From positions 1-54,835 of the IMG/VR virus record IMGVR_UViG_3300042503_000400: a stretch of DNA of 54,835 bases, one strand, 5' to 3'. The position numbers were made by a program, and so were the translations under genes. Position 1 is the stretch's first letter; each line of letters opens with the position of its first letter. Positions 1 through 7,519 of this stretch are shown here, piece after piece. The notes under the pieces were generated by a model. The model did not search any database and was not told the DNA's origin. It saw only the letters and a program-made list of their open reading frames with translations. The DNA is from a virus. Lineage: Duplodnaviria > Caudoviricetes.

Positions 1-2
1 CT

Positions 3-77
3 TCGATCTACGCCTACGACGGCGACGACGACTACGACATCACGGACTTCCGCGTGGTGTTCTGGTTCGACAACTAA
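3..77 (+). CDS. 3' end of truncated phage hypothetical protein (…DFRVVFWFDN*)
   Basis: Open frame from the window edge to TAA at 75-77; the C-terminal RVVFWFDN resembles endings of phage hypothetical proteins; the next gene's RBS follows. Confidence 0.6.
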   Translation, partial: SIYAYDGDDDYDITDFRVVFWFDN

Positions 78-97
78 TCACATCAAGGAGACACACA

Positions 98-694
98 ATG
101 GAACACGCATACCCCCACCTCGTCCCGGTCGAGACCGCTTTGGTCATCGCCAATGTGCTGCCCTCAGGGTCAGCGTTCGGTGTCCGCATGGACAACGGAG
201 AGAACTGCTACATCCCAGTCAACGTCGCCACGGCAACGCATGTCACAGTGGGCATGGAGGTCACCGCCAAGCTGGTGCCCAACCGCTTCCCTGACAAGGC
301 CGAGCGCACACCTTGGTTGACTGTGTTCCTGTCCCGCAACCCCGCCCCTGTTAGGACGTCAGTGCCTGTGCAGTATGCCATGCCCTTCGAGCAGTTCGAC
401 ATCGAGCCCTCGGTCCCGGCGGCACCGTCGATGGCAGACAGGGTGCGACGCACCATGCGTAACGGCGGGGTGTGGACAGTGGGGTCCCTCTATGAGGAGC
501 TTGTGCCCGGTAAGGTTCGGGTCGATGGCCTGACGGAATACAACTCCATCTCGGCCGCGGTCCGGGCGATGTATGCCAAGGGTGAGTGCGCCAAGTTCCA
601 ACTGTGGCGGACCTCTGACCAGAGCAAGCCGAGCCGGGAGTGGTTCACCTGTCACCCCGACCGGGCTGACGTTGATGAATGGGAGGCAGTGTGA
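98..694 (+). CDS. Hypothetical phage protein
   Basis: 198-aa ORF with AGGAG RBS upstream; stop overlaps the next start. Confidence 0.75.
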   Translation: MEHAYPHLVPVETALVIANVLPSGSAFGVRMDNGENCYIPVNVATATHVTVGMEVTAKLVPNRFPDKAERTPWLTVFLSRNPAPVRTSVPVQYAMPFEQFDIEPSVPAAPSMADRVRRTMRNGGVWTVGSLYEELVPGKVRVDGLTEYNSISAAVRAMYAKGECAKFQLWRTSDQSKPSREWFTCHPDRADVDEWEAV

Positions 695-906
695 TGCCTG
701 TCTATCGAGTGACTGTCTCGGTCCGCACGCTGGACCACATCGAGCCTGATACAATGGCCAACCACGTGGCCGATGCAGTGTCCTGTTGGGGTGGGCAATA
801 CCACCCCGACGACCCCCTGTTCTCAGCGCATGTCAGGAGCAAGGCCACATGCCGGGGGGTAACCATGCAAGACGCAGACTACGACACATTCTTGGAGGAT
901 AACTGA
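694..906 (+). CDS. Hypothetical phage protein
   Basis: TGATG coupling to the upstream gene with GGGAGG RBS; 70 aa. Confidence 0.7.
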   Translation: MPVYRVTVSVRTLDHIEPDTMANHVADAVSCWGGQYHPDDPLFSAHVRSKATCRGVTMQDADYDTFLEDN

Positions 907-907
907 A

Positions 908-1516
908 ATGACACGAATAACAAACAACCTGCGCACCGCAATGGAGCGCGAGATCATGAAAGACCTGCCGAGCAGGGACTACGTTAAGGAGATTCACGCG
1001 CTGGTGCAGGAGGTCGTGATTGCCCACGCCCCGGAGCAGATAAGGGTTATGTATGACGACCCTGACCTGCGCGGATACCTAAAGACTGTCGGGCTCGAGG
1101 TAAAAATTGGGAACAAATACGTCTTGATGAACAGAATTGGTGAGGGTCACGGCGAGGTCTATGGGATCAAGTCTGGGAGACTTAGCATCCGCATGGACGA
1201 TGCCGAGAACGCCAGCAGGCTACCCGAGGGTTCCCTATATCGGGACATCGTGACCAAGCTGCATGAGGCTGGCCTTGTCGCTGCCTACTTCGCACAGGAT
1301 GAGCTGCGGGCCAATGTGCAGGTTCGCCTGCGGGCTAACCTTAAAGCGTCCAAGACCTTCAAGCAGCTCTACGAAATCCTCGAGCCCGAGCTGCACCACT
1401 ACATCCCCAAGGACGAGGTCAAGGCACAGCTGCCTGCCTGTGTTGCACCCGTGGTGGACGACCTGCGTAAGCTGGGTGCAGTGCTGCCTTCGGTACCGAA
1501 GGTGGAGGATAACTGA
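908..1516 (+). CDS. Nmad5-like (nucleotide modification associated domain 5) protein
   Basis: N-terminus MTRITNNLR…DLPSRDY…YDDPDLRGYLKT and C-terminus KQLYEILEPELHHYIP…LPA…VVDDL resemble the Nmad5 family; GGAGG RBS. Confidence 0.6.
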   Translation: MTRITNNLRTAMEREIMKDLPSRDYVKEIHALVQEVVIAHAPEQIRVMYDDPDLRGYLKTVGLEVKIGNKYVLMNRIGEGHGEVYGIKSGRLSIRMDDAENASRLPEGSLYRDIVTKLHEAGLVAAYFAQDELRANVQVRLRANLKASKTFKQLYEILEPELHHYIPKDEVKAQLPACVAPVVDDLRKLGAVLPSVPKVEDN

Positions 1517-1737
1517 TGTTCGGAAGGAAACAATCTGACGTTCCGTTTCTGCGGGACATGAAGTCCACTGCTGCCAGTGCCGTCATGGTGATGGATGGTA
1601 TCCGGGCGCTGCCATCGAAGCCTGCGTGCAACTCTGTCTACACAGCACTGGCCGACAAGGGTGACCTGAGTGCCGCCGATCTGGAGGAACTGGCCAACAA
1701 GCTCGGCCGACTGGCATGGGAAAGGGGGCGGAAATGA
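1516..1737 (+). CDS. Hypothetical protein
   Basis: TGATG coupling, GGAGG RBS; 73 aa. Confidence 0.7.
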   Translation: MFGRKQSDVPFLRDMKSTAASAVMVMDGIRALPSKPACNSVYTALADKGDLSAADLEELANKLGRLAWERGRK

Positions 1738-1937
1738 AAGGGTTAGTTTACACTGGGGCGACCGACGCGCAGGTGCGGTGGGGCGGCAACAGCGATCCTC
1801 GTGGGGTTCTCGTTGAAGGCCGCGTGTATACTGTTGAGCATACAGATGTTCACACATGGCACACCAAGATTAAACTCGTAGGCATTGATGGCTGGTTCAA
1901 TAGCGCGTGCTTTGAAGACGCAAAGGAGCCGATGTAA
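1734..1937 (+). CDS. Hypothetical protein (small beta-rich domain)
   Basis: ATGA overlap with the upstream stop; 67 aa. Confidence 0.7.
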   Translation: MKGLVYTGATDAQVRWGGNSDPRGVLVEGRVYTVEHTDVHTWHTKIKLVGIDGWFNSACFEDAKEPM

Positions 1938-2374
1938 TGAGTGACGAAGAACTGGTGAAGCGGCTGCTGGATTTTGACAAGGTGACAGTTGGGGATGCCC
2001 GCGATGCCGCACTCCGCATCGAAGCCCTGACGGCCAAGGTCAAACTTATGGACGACCTCGACGTTATCAACGGGGAGAAGATCGAAGCCCTGACAGAGCA
2101 ACTCGAAGCCGCACGTGCTGACGCCAAGGAGGCCGAGGCTTATGCGGAGGAGTTGGAGGCCAAGAATGGAAACTTGTGCGATCTTGCCGTTAACGAACAT
2201 GGGCGGGCAGAACGGGCAGAAGCCAAGCTGTCGAAGGCGGTAAAGGCGCTTCTCCTTGCCCGTGTCCATGTCGCCAACAATGAGCAGGGATGGAGCGTGG
2301 GTCGGGCCTCTGCGCGATCTGACCTAAAGATTATCAACGCCACGCTGGCCGAGGTTGAGGGAGAGAAGACATGA
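1937..2374 (+). CDS. Hypothetical coiled-coil protein
   Basis: TAATG coupling; heptad-rich middle (EQLEAARADAKEAEAYAEELEAK). Confidence 0.7.
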   Translation: MSDEELVKRLLDFDKVTVGDARDAALRIEALTAKVKLMDDLDVINGEKIEALTEQLEAARADAKEAEAYAEELEAKNGNLCDLAVNEHGRAERAEAKLSKAVKALLLARVHVANNEQGWSVGRASARSDLKIINATLAEVEGEKT

Positions 2375-2802
2375 GTGACAACGATCTGATCCGGCGCGGG
2401 GATGCCCTAGCAGTTTTGCGCGATGAAATCGACTTGGCGCGAATTGCCATGCCGCAGTGCGTCCCGATCTTGGCCGCTGATATGCGCGCCATCGCCGCCC
2501 TGCCCGCCGCCGATCCTCTAGCAGACCCACGGGTGAAGGCGTTGGTGGAGGCAAAGCTGGAAAAGGTGCTGAACCATATCAGAAAAATGCAAGGTTACGT
2601 TCAAGAGTATCTTGAGCCGGGGCCGTACGTTGCAAAGCACGGAAATGGCGGAACCTTTAGCGAGCCACACCCGTACCAAGATGAGGCTTATGCGTATTTC
2701 ATGCGGCAACAGATGCGCGAGGCTGTGCTAAACGACCTAATTCACATGTTGGATGGACCAGAAGAACGCGCCACGCTGGCCGAAATTGAGGGAGAGAAGT
2801 GA
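2371..2802 (+). CDS. Hypothetical protein
   Basis: ATGA overlap, GAGGGAG RBS; 143 aa; ends like the upstream gene (ATLAE.EGEK). Confidence 0.7.
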   Translation: MSDNDLIRRGDALAVLRDEIDLARIAMPQCVPILAADMRAIAALPAADPLADPRVKALVEAKLEKVLNHIRKMQGYVQEYLEPGPYVAKHGNGGTFSEPHPYQDEAYAYFMRQQMREAVLNDLIHMLDGPEERATLAEIEGEK

Positions 2803-3026
2803 TGAGTGAACCACTGTGCGCGACATTCAGCACCCAACGAGAGGAGGAGTTCCTCACCAAAGTGCAGGATGCCCGCATCAAACTGGCTGACTTCAAGCTG
2901 GCGATGCGGCACGTCCGGCTCACGGTAAGTAAAGAGGAGGAGATCGAGGACTTCGCCGAGGACATGGCAGACACGCTCTGTAAGCTGGAGCGTAGCTGCC
3001 TGCGGAACCTCAAAGGCCGGGATTGA
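2802..3026 (+). CDS. Hypothetical protein
   Basis: TGATG coupling; 74 aa. Confidence 0.65.
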   Translation: MSEPLCATFSTQREEEFLTKVQDARIKLADFKLAMRHVRLTVSKEEEIEDFAEDMADTLCKLERSCLRNLKGRD

Positions 3027-3034
3027 GGGAAGCA

Positions 3035-3217
3035 ATGCCCCGTGACCCATCCAACAGCCCCGGTGCGAGAGCCCTGAGGCTGGCAGGGTACGTCAAGTTG
3101 CCTGCGTGGTGGGTCACGCAGGAGCAGTTCGAGTTGATAGAGTACATGGCTAAACAAAACAAAGACGACATCGACGCAATTAAGGAGAGAGCCTATGACT
3201 GGCCGCAGGATTATTAG
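3035..3217 (+). CDS. Hypothetical protein
   Basis: GAGGGG RBS before ATG at 3035; 60 aa. Confidence 0.6.
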   Translation: MPRDPSNSPGARALRLAGYVKLPAWWVTQEQFELIEYMAKQNKDDIDAIKERAYDWPQDY

Positions 3218-3512
3218 TCGTGACATGATGGAAGCAGCACGAGACAAAGGGTGGAACGCAACACAAACTTCCCGGCACTACGGGTTCCACCGCAAGTCCA
3301 TCGAGGATGCGTGTGAACGGTTTGGTATCATCCTACCACTGGGCACGACATGGGCACCGCCGCCCAAGCCCAAGCCCCTCGTTGTCTGGACCGACGAGGT
3401 CGAGCCCAAGACCAAGGAGAAAGTCAGGCTGTCAGCCGGCTCGGCCGCTATCGAAAGAGCACTGGCCAAGCTGGTCGCCGAGAAGAAATCGCGGTTGCAG
3501 GCTACCACCTGA
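3195..3512 (+). CDS. Putative HTH DNA-binding protein
   Basis: AAGGAG RBS; WNATQTSRHYGFHRKSIEDACERFG resembles a helix-turn-helix. Confidence 0.55.
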   Translation: MTGRRIISRDMMEAARDKGWNATQTSRHYGFHRKSIEDACERFGIILPLGTTWAPPPKPKPLVVWTDEVEPKTKEKVRLSAGSAAIERALAKLVAEKKSRLQATT

Positions 3513-3525
3513 CCCGCTACCAATC

Positions 3526-3616
3526 TCGTGAGGGGCGCATACGAAACCTGCGGTTTTGTGTTGGTCGAAGATCAGACTGCGCTACGGCTCATCATCCACC
3601 ATCGCGCCCCTCACGA
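3526..3616. ncRNA. Candidate structured RNA/DNA element closed by a perfect 13-bp stem
   Basis: TCGTGAGGGGCGC (3526-3538) pairs perfectly with GCGCCCCTCACGA (3604-3616); nested internal hairpin TGGTC-GAA-GATCA; intergenic position. Confidence 0.55.
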
Positions 3617-3635
3617 TCCCCACTGGAGGATCGAC

Positions 3636-3995
3636 ATGACTAAATCTGCACAAGACGAATGGGAAGACGAGCGCATCCTGATGCGATCAGAAGGCGTCAA
3701 GTTCGACGGCGACAAGCCACGTTACGACCTGATCCCCCCGGAACTTCTGGAGGAGACGGCAATCGTATTGACTTACGGTGCTGTTAAGTATAGTGAAAGG
3801 AACTGGGAGAAGGGTATGGCGTGGCACCGTCCGTTCGGTGCACTCATGCGTCATATGTGGTCGTGGTGGAGAGGCGAGAACGTAGACCCTGAGACAGGGT
3901 TTTCACATCTTGCACATGCAGCATGTTGCATTGCCTTCCTCATCACATACGAGCGCCGTAGTATCGGCAAAGACGACAGGCATAAGACAGGGTGA
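3636..3995 (+). CDS. dATP/dGTP diphosphohydrolase-like protein (DUF5664 family)
   Basis: GVKFDGDKPRYDLIP…YGAVKYSERNWEKG…ALMRH…DPETGFSHLAHAAC signature; GGAGG RBS before ATG 3636. Confidence 0.85.
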   Translation: MTKSAQDEWEDERILMRSEGVKFDGDKPRYDLIPPELLEETAIVLTYGAVKYSERNWEKGMAWHRPFGALMRHMWSWWRGENVDPETGFSHLAHAACCIAFLITYERRSIGKDDRHKTG

Positions 3996-4001
3996 GACAG
4001 G

Positions 4002-4292
4002 ATGAATCCAGATGACATTAAGAGCGCAATACAAGCACAGATTAGCATACCTGATCTGAATGTACGCGTATACAAAGACGCAATGACTATGAGTAATACT
4101 ATATCTGCAGAGCTAGACAGCAGGCTGGCAGCGCAGGTAGCAGAGCGTGCGCTTGATATGCTGGCAGCTAAGAGCAACATGTCCGCCAGCGGGCTGGTGC
4201 AGATGCTGCAGTTCCTATCAGAAGATCACGAAACGCAGATGAGATACACAGCGTGGCGTACAGCGCGGCGCCTTAGGGGGGATAGGGTGTGA
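4002..4292 (+). CDS. Hypothetical protein (AT-richer codon usage)
   Basis: 96-aa ORF filling the gap; stop coupled to the polymerase start. Confidence 0.6.
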   Translation: MNPDDIKSAIQAQISIPDLNVRVYKDAMTMSNTISAELDSRLAAQVAERALDMLAAKSNMSASGLVQMLQFLSEDHETQMRYTAWRTARRLRGDRV

Positions 4293-6157
4293 TGGACATC
4301 GTAACAATCGACTTCGAGACATACTACGACAGGGACTACTCGCTGTCCAAGATCACGACAGAATCCTACGTCCGCAGCCCACTGTTCGAGGTGATCGGTG
4401 TGGGCGTCAAGGTCAACGATGGGCCCGTCGATACTTACAGTGGTGACAACGCGGGCAGGTTCCTCAAGTCACTGGACTACAGCGACAAGGCCATCCTCTG
4501 CCACAACACCATGTTCGACGGGGCTATCCTCTCGTGGCACTACGGCATCAAGCCCAAGCTGTGGCTGGACACGCTATCTATGGCACGTCCTCTGCATCAG
4601 GCGACGGTGGGCGGCAGCCTCAAGGCACTGGCTCAGCACTACGGGCTGGGGGCCAAGGGCGACGAGGTCATCCAAGCACTGGGCAAACGGCGCAAGGACT
4701 TCTCCTCGGCGGAGCTGGCTGCGTACATGAAGTACTGCGCCAACGACATCGACCTGACCTACGCCCTGTTCAAGAAGCTGCGCAAGGGGTTCCCTGTCTC
4801 GGAGATGCGCGTCATCGACACCGCCATCCGGATGTACACCGAGCCGACAGTGGAGTTGGACGAGGACAAGCTGGCTGCGCACCTCGTTGTGGTGCAGGCA
4901 GAGAAGCAGGCGCTGCTCGACACCCTTGGTGGCAAGGGCAAAGAGTACATCATGTCGAACGACAAGTTCGCCAAGCTGCTGCGCAAGCGTGGGGTGGAGC
5001 CACCGACCAAGACCAGCGCGACCACGGGCAAGGAGACTTATGCCTTCGCCAAGACCGACCTCGCCTTCACTGCACTGCAAGAGCACCACGACCCCATTGT
5101 TCAGACACTGGTGACCGCACGGCTGGGGCTCAAGTCCACTCTGGAGGAGACGCGCACAGCAGCGCTGATCGGGGTGCAGTCACGTGGTCGGCTGCCCATC
5201 ATGCTCAACTACTATGGCGCCCACACTGGCCGCTTCTCCGGCGGGGACAAGCTCAACCTGCAGAACCTGCCCCGTGGTGGTGTGCTGCGCCATGCCCTCC
5301 GGGCACCCGAGGGACACAAGATCATCAGCTGTGACAGCAGCCAGATCGAAGCCCGCATGGTGGCTTACCTTGCCGGGCAGGCTGACCTTGTGCAGTGGTT
5401 CCGTGAGGGCCGGGATGTTTACTCGGAGTTCGCCACGACGTTCTACGGCCGCAAGATCACCAAGGCTGACAAGCTGGAGCGTCACGTGGGCAAGGCAGCC
5501 ATCCTTGGGCTGGGCTACGGCATGTCGGCCGACAAGTTTGGACTGACGCTCAAGCGCGGCAAGCCGCCCGTCAACCTGCCAGAGGAGGACATCGAGCGTC
5601 TGGTTCGCACCTACCGCACGGGCTATCACCAGATCGTCAAGCTCTGGGGTGAGTGCGGCTACGCCCTGTCCAGCATGGTGGCTGGGCGCAAGGGGCGGAT
5701 CGGTAACATCCTGACCTATGATGCCGATGGTATCTTCCTGCCCAACGGGATGAAGCTGCGCTACCACGGCCTGTCGGCCACCGATCGGAACTTCACCTAC
5801 ATCCAAGACCGCCGCATGTTCGATCGGGCGATGAAGGCCCGGCTCGACGGCAGTAAGGTTGACACTGGCAAGGGCCAAATCCCCGGCCAGAGCCGCATCT
5901 ATGGTGCGATGGTGGTGGAGAACGTGACCCAAGCACTGGCACGCATCGTTGTAGCAGAGCAGATGCTGGCGATCCAAGACGCTGGCTACCACGTCGCCTT
6001 CCAAGTGCATGACGAGAACGTCTGCGTGGTGCCTGAGGACAAGGCTGAGCAGGCGCAGAAGGACATCGTCGAGATCATGTCCACCGCCCCGACTTGGGCA
6101 CCCGACTTGCCCGTGGCCTGCGAGGCAGGCACGGCTGACAACTATGGAGACACGTGA
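4292..6157 (+). CDS. polA: Family A DNA polymerase with 3'-5' exonuclease domain
   Basis: ExoI IDFETY, ExoII HNTMFD, ExoIII YCANDI; motif A CDSSQIEAR, motif B RHVGKAAILGLGYG, motif C QVHDE. Confidence 0.95.
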   Translation: MDIVTIDFETYYDRDYSLSKITTESYVRSPLFEVIGVGVKVNDGPVDTYSGDNAGRFLKSLDYSDKAILCHNTMFDGAILSWHYGIKPKLWLDTLSMARPLHQATVGGSLKALAQHYGLGAKGDEVIQALGKRRKDFSSAELAAYMKYCANDIDLTYALFKKLRKGFPVSEMRVIDTAIRMYTEPTVELDEDKLAAHLVVVQAEKQALLDTLGGKGKEYIMSNDKFAKLLRKRGVEPPTKTSATTGKETYAFAKTDLAFTALQEHHDPIVQTLVTARLGLKSTLEETRTAALIGVQSRGRLPIMLNYYGAHTGRFSGGDKLNLQNLPRGGVLRHALRAPEGHKIISCDSSQIEARMVAYLAGQADLVQWFREGRDVYSEFATTFYGRKITKADKLERHVGKAAILGLGYGMSADKFGLTLKRGKPPVNLPEEDIERLVRTYRTGYHQIVKLWGECGYALSSMVAGRKGRIGNILTYDADGIFLPNGMKLRYHGLSATDRNFTYIQDRRMFDRAMKARLDGSKVDTGKGQIPGQSRIYGAMVVENVTQALARIVVAEQMLAIQDAGYHVAFQVHDENVCVVPEDKAEQAQKDIVEIMSTAPTWAPDLPVACEAGTADNYGDT

Positions 6158-6516
6158 TGTCGTTTGCCGGACTCGAACATATACTGGCGGAGGTTGCCGC
6201 CAAAGCTGACGCGGAGCAATTCGTGATTGATTTCGTCGGCGTTAGGGACGACTGGGTGTCGCCCGGTGACTACATAGTAACCATAGGGCTACATAGAACT
6301 GACCTACAGTTGAACCACGAGTTCATAATAAGGAGCAACGGTAAGTATGTGAGCAATGCAAGTCCTACGTCTTTGCGCACTAAGGTACGTAATAGATACA
6401 GGCAAATCGTCGGGAAGCTGGAACGCAGGCTGAACCGAACAGCGCCAGATGCTGATGGGTTTTACAGGCGCACACTGTTCTACGACAACGACAAGTATTA
6501 CCTTGGAGATTCGTGA
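6157..6516 (+). CDS. Hypothetical protein, low-GC insertion
   Basis: 119 aa, coupled at both ends by TGATG; visibly AT-richer than its neighbours. Confidence 0.65.
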   Translation: MSFAGLEHILAEVAAKADAEQFVIDFVGVRDDWVSPGDYIVTIGLHRTDLQLNHEFIIRSNGKYVSNASPTSLRTKVRNRYRQIVGKLERRLNRTAPDADGFYRRTLFYDNDKYYLGDS

Positions 6517-7187
6517 TGACAACTAAACTCGCTCACTCGTACACCGCCCTCAAGATGTATGAGAACTGCCCCAAGAGGTACTACCACCAGCGCATCACCA
6601 AGGAAGTGGTGGACCAGCCGGGCACGGCGACAGTCTACGGTGAGCGGGTGCACAAGCAGCTGGAGGAATACCTCAAGGCCCCGGCCGTTGGCCTGCCCGA
6701 GGAGACGGCTGCGCTCAAGCCACTGTGCGATCAGGTGACAGCGGGTGCCAATGGTGGCGGGATGCTGCTCGTCGAGCAGGAGTACACCCTGACCAGTGAC
6801 CTGCAACCCACCAGCTGGTTTGCCAAGGACGCATGGCTGCGCTTCAAGCTCGACGTCCTCGTGATCCGCGGCAACTCCACGGCTGTGGTGGTGGACTGGA
6901 AGACAGGCAAGCGCCGCCCCGACTTCGACCAGCTGGAGATGTTCGCCCTCGCTGTGTTCAGCTTCTGGCCGTCGATCACCAAGGTCTCCTCCATGTTTGT
7001 GTGGACCAAGGAGAACGCCATCGACAAGGAGATGTACCGGGTCGAGCACAAGGACGAGATGTGGACGCGACTGATGACGCGCATCAATCGGGTGGAGAAG
7101 TCCTTGGAGACCGACAACTGGCCGGCCAAGCCCAGTGGGCTGTGCAAATTCTGCCCGTGCAAGGGCTTCTGTGAGTTCGCTGCTTGA
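6516..7187 (+). CDS. PD-(D/E)XK exonuclease (RecB/Cas4-like)
   Basis: SYT…CPKRYY, GERVH, VEQEY, KLDVL, VVDWKTG, QLEMFA and C-terminal CKFCPC…C cysteine cluster. Confidence 0.9.
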   Translation: MTTKLAHSYTALKMYENCPKRYYHQRITKEVVDQPGTATVYGERVHKQLEEYLKAPAVGLPEETAALKPLCDQVTAGANGGGMLLVEQEYTLTSDLQPTSWFAKDAWLRFKLDVLVIRGNSTAVVVDWKTGKRRPDFDQLEMFALAVFSFWPSITKVSSMFVWTKENAIDKEMYRVEHKDEMWTRLMTRINRVEKSLETDNWPAKPSGLCKFCPCKGFCEFAA

Positions 7188-7189
7188 CG

Positions 7190-7519
7190 ATGGCTACTCC
7201 AGAGGGCAAGATCAAGGCAGCGTTAGACCGGATGTTGAAGGCTGAGCGGGTGTGGTTTTACCCCCCGCAGGCCGGACCATTTGGTAGCGCAGGCATCCCC
7301 GACCGAGTTGCGGTCGTGGCAGGTTTGTTCGTGGGTATCGAGTGTAAAGCTGACGCCACCAAAAAGCCCGCCGCCCTGCAGATAAAGTGCATGGCGGACA
7401 TCGAAGCTGCGGGTGGCAAGTGTTTCGTGGTCTATGACAAGGCCACAATCGAGCAGGTAAGGGAGTGGATACATGCTTGTCGTCGAGTCCGCGAGGGCCG
7501 TAGCCCTCAAACTGAGTGA
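7190..7519 (+). CDS. VRR-NUC domain nuclease (Holliday junction resolvase-like)
   Basis: PEGKIK…GIPD…GIECKA…LQ…I..AGG…VV pattern. Confidence 0.88.
   Translation: MATPEGKIKAALDRMLKAERVWFYPPQAGPFGSAGIPDRVAVVAGLFVGIECKADATKKPAALQIKCMADIEAAGGKCFVVYDKATIEQVREWIHACRRVREGRSPQTE

Noticed and set aside
3526-3616. SAH/SAM riboswitch or hammerhead identity for the IR element
   Set aside because: GAGGGGCGC and the minus-strand ATGATGAG are only superficial matches; the other required core elements are absent.
3528-3635. N-terminal extension of the DUF5664 ORF from GTG 3528
   Set aside because: The strong SD precedes ATG 3636; the extension coincides with the inverted-repeat element.
3636-6157. Z-genome (2-aminoadenine) pathway
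   Set aside because: No PurZ or HD-domain dATPase is recognisable in the window; DUF5664 alone is insufficient.
6516-7187. Cas4 as evidence of a CRISPR-Cas system
   Set aside because: It is a stand-alone phage PD-(D/E)XK exonuclease in a replication module.
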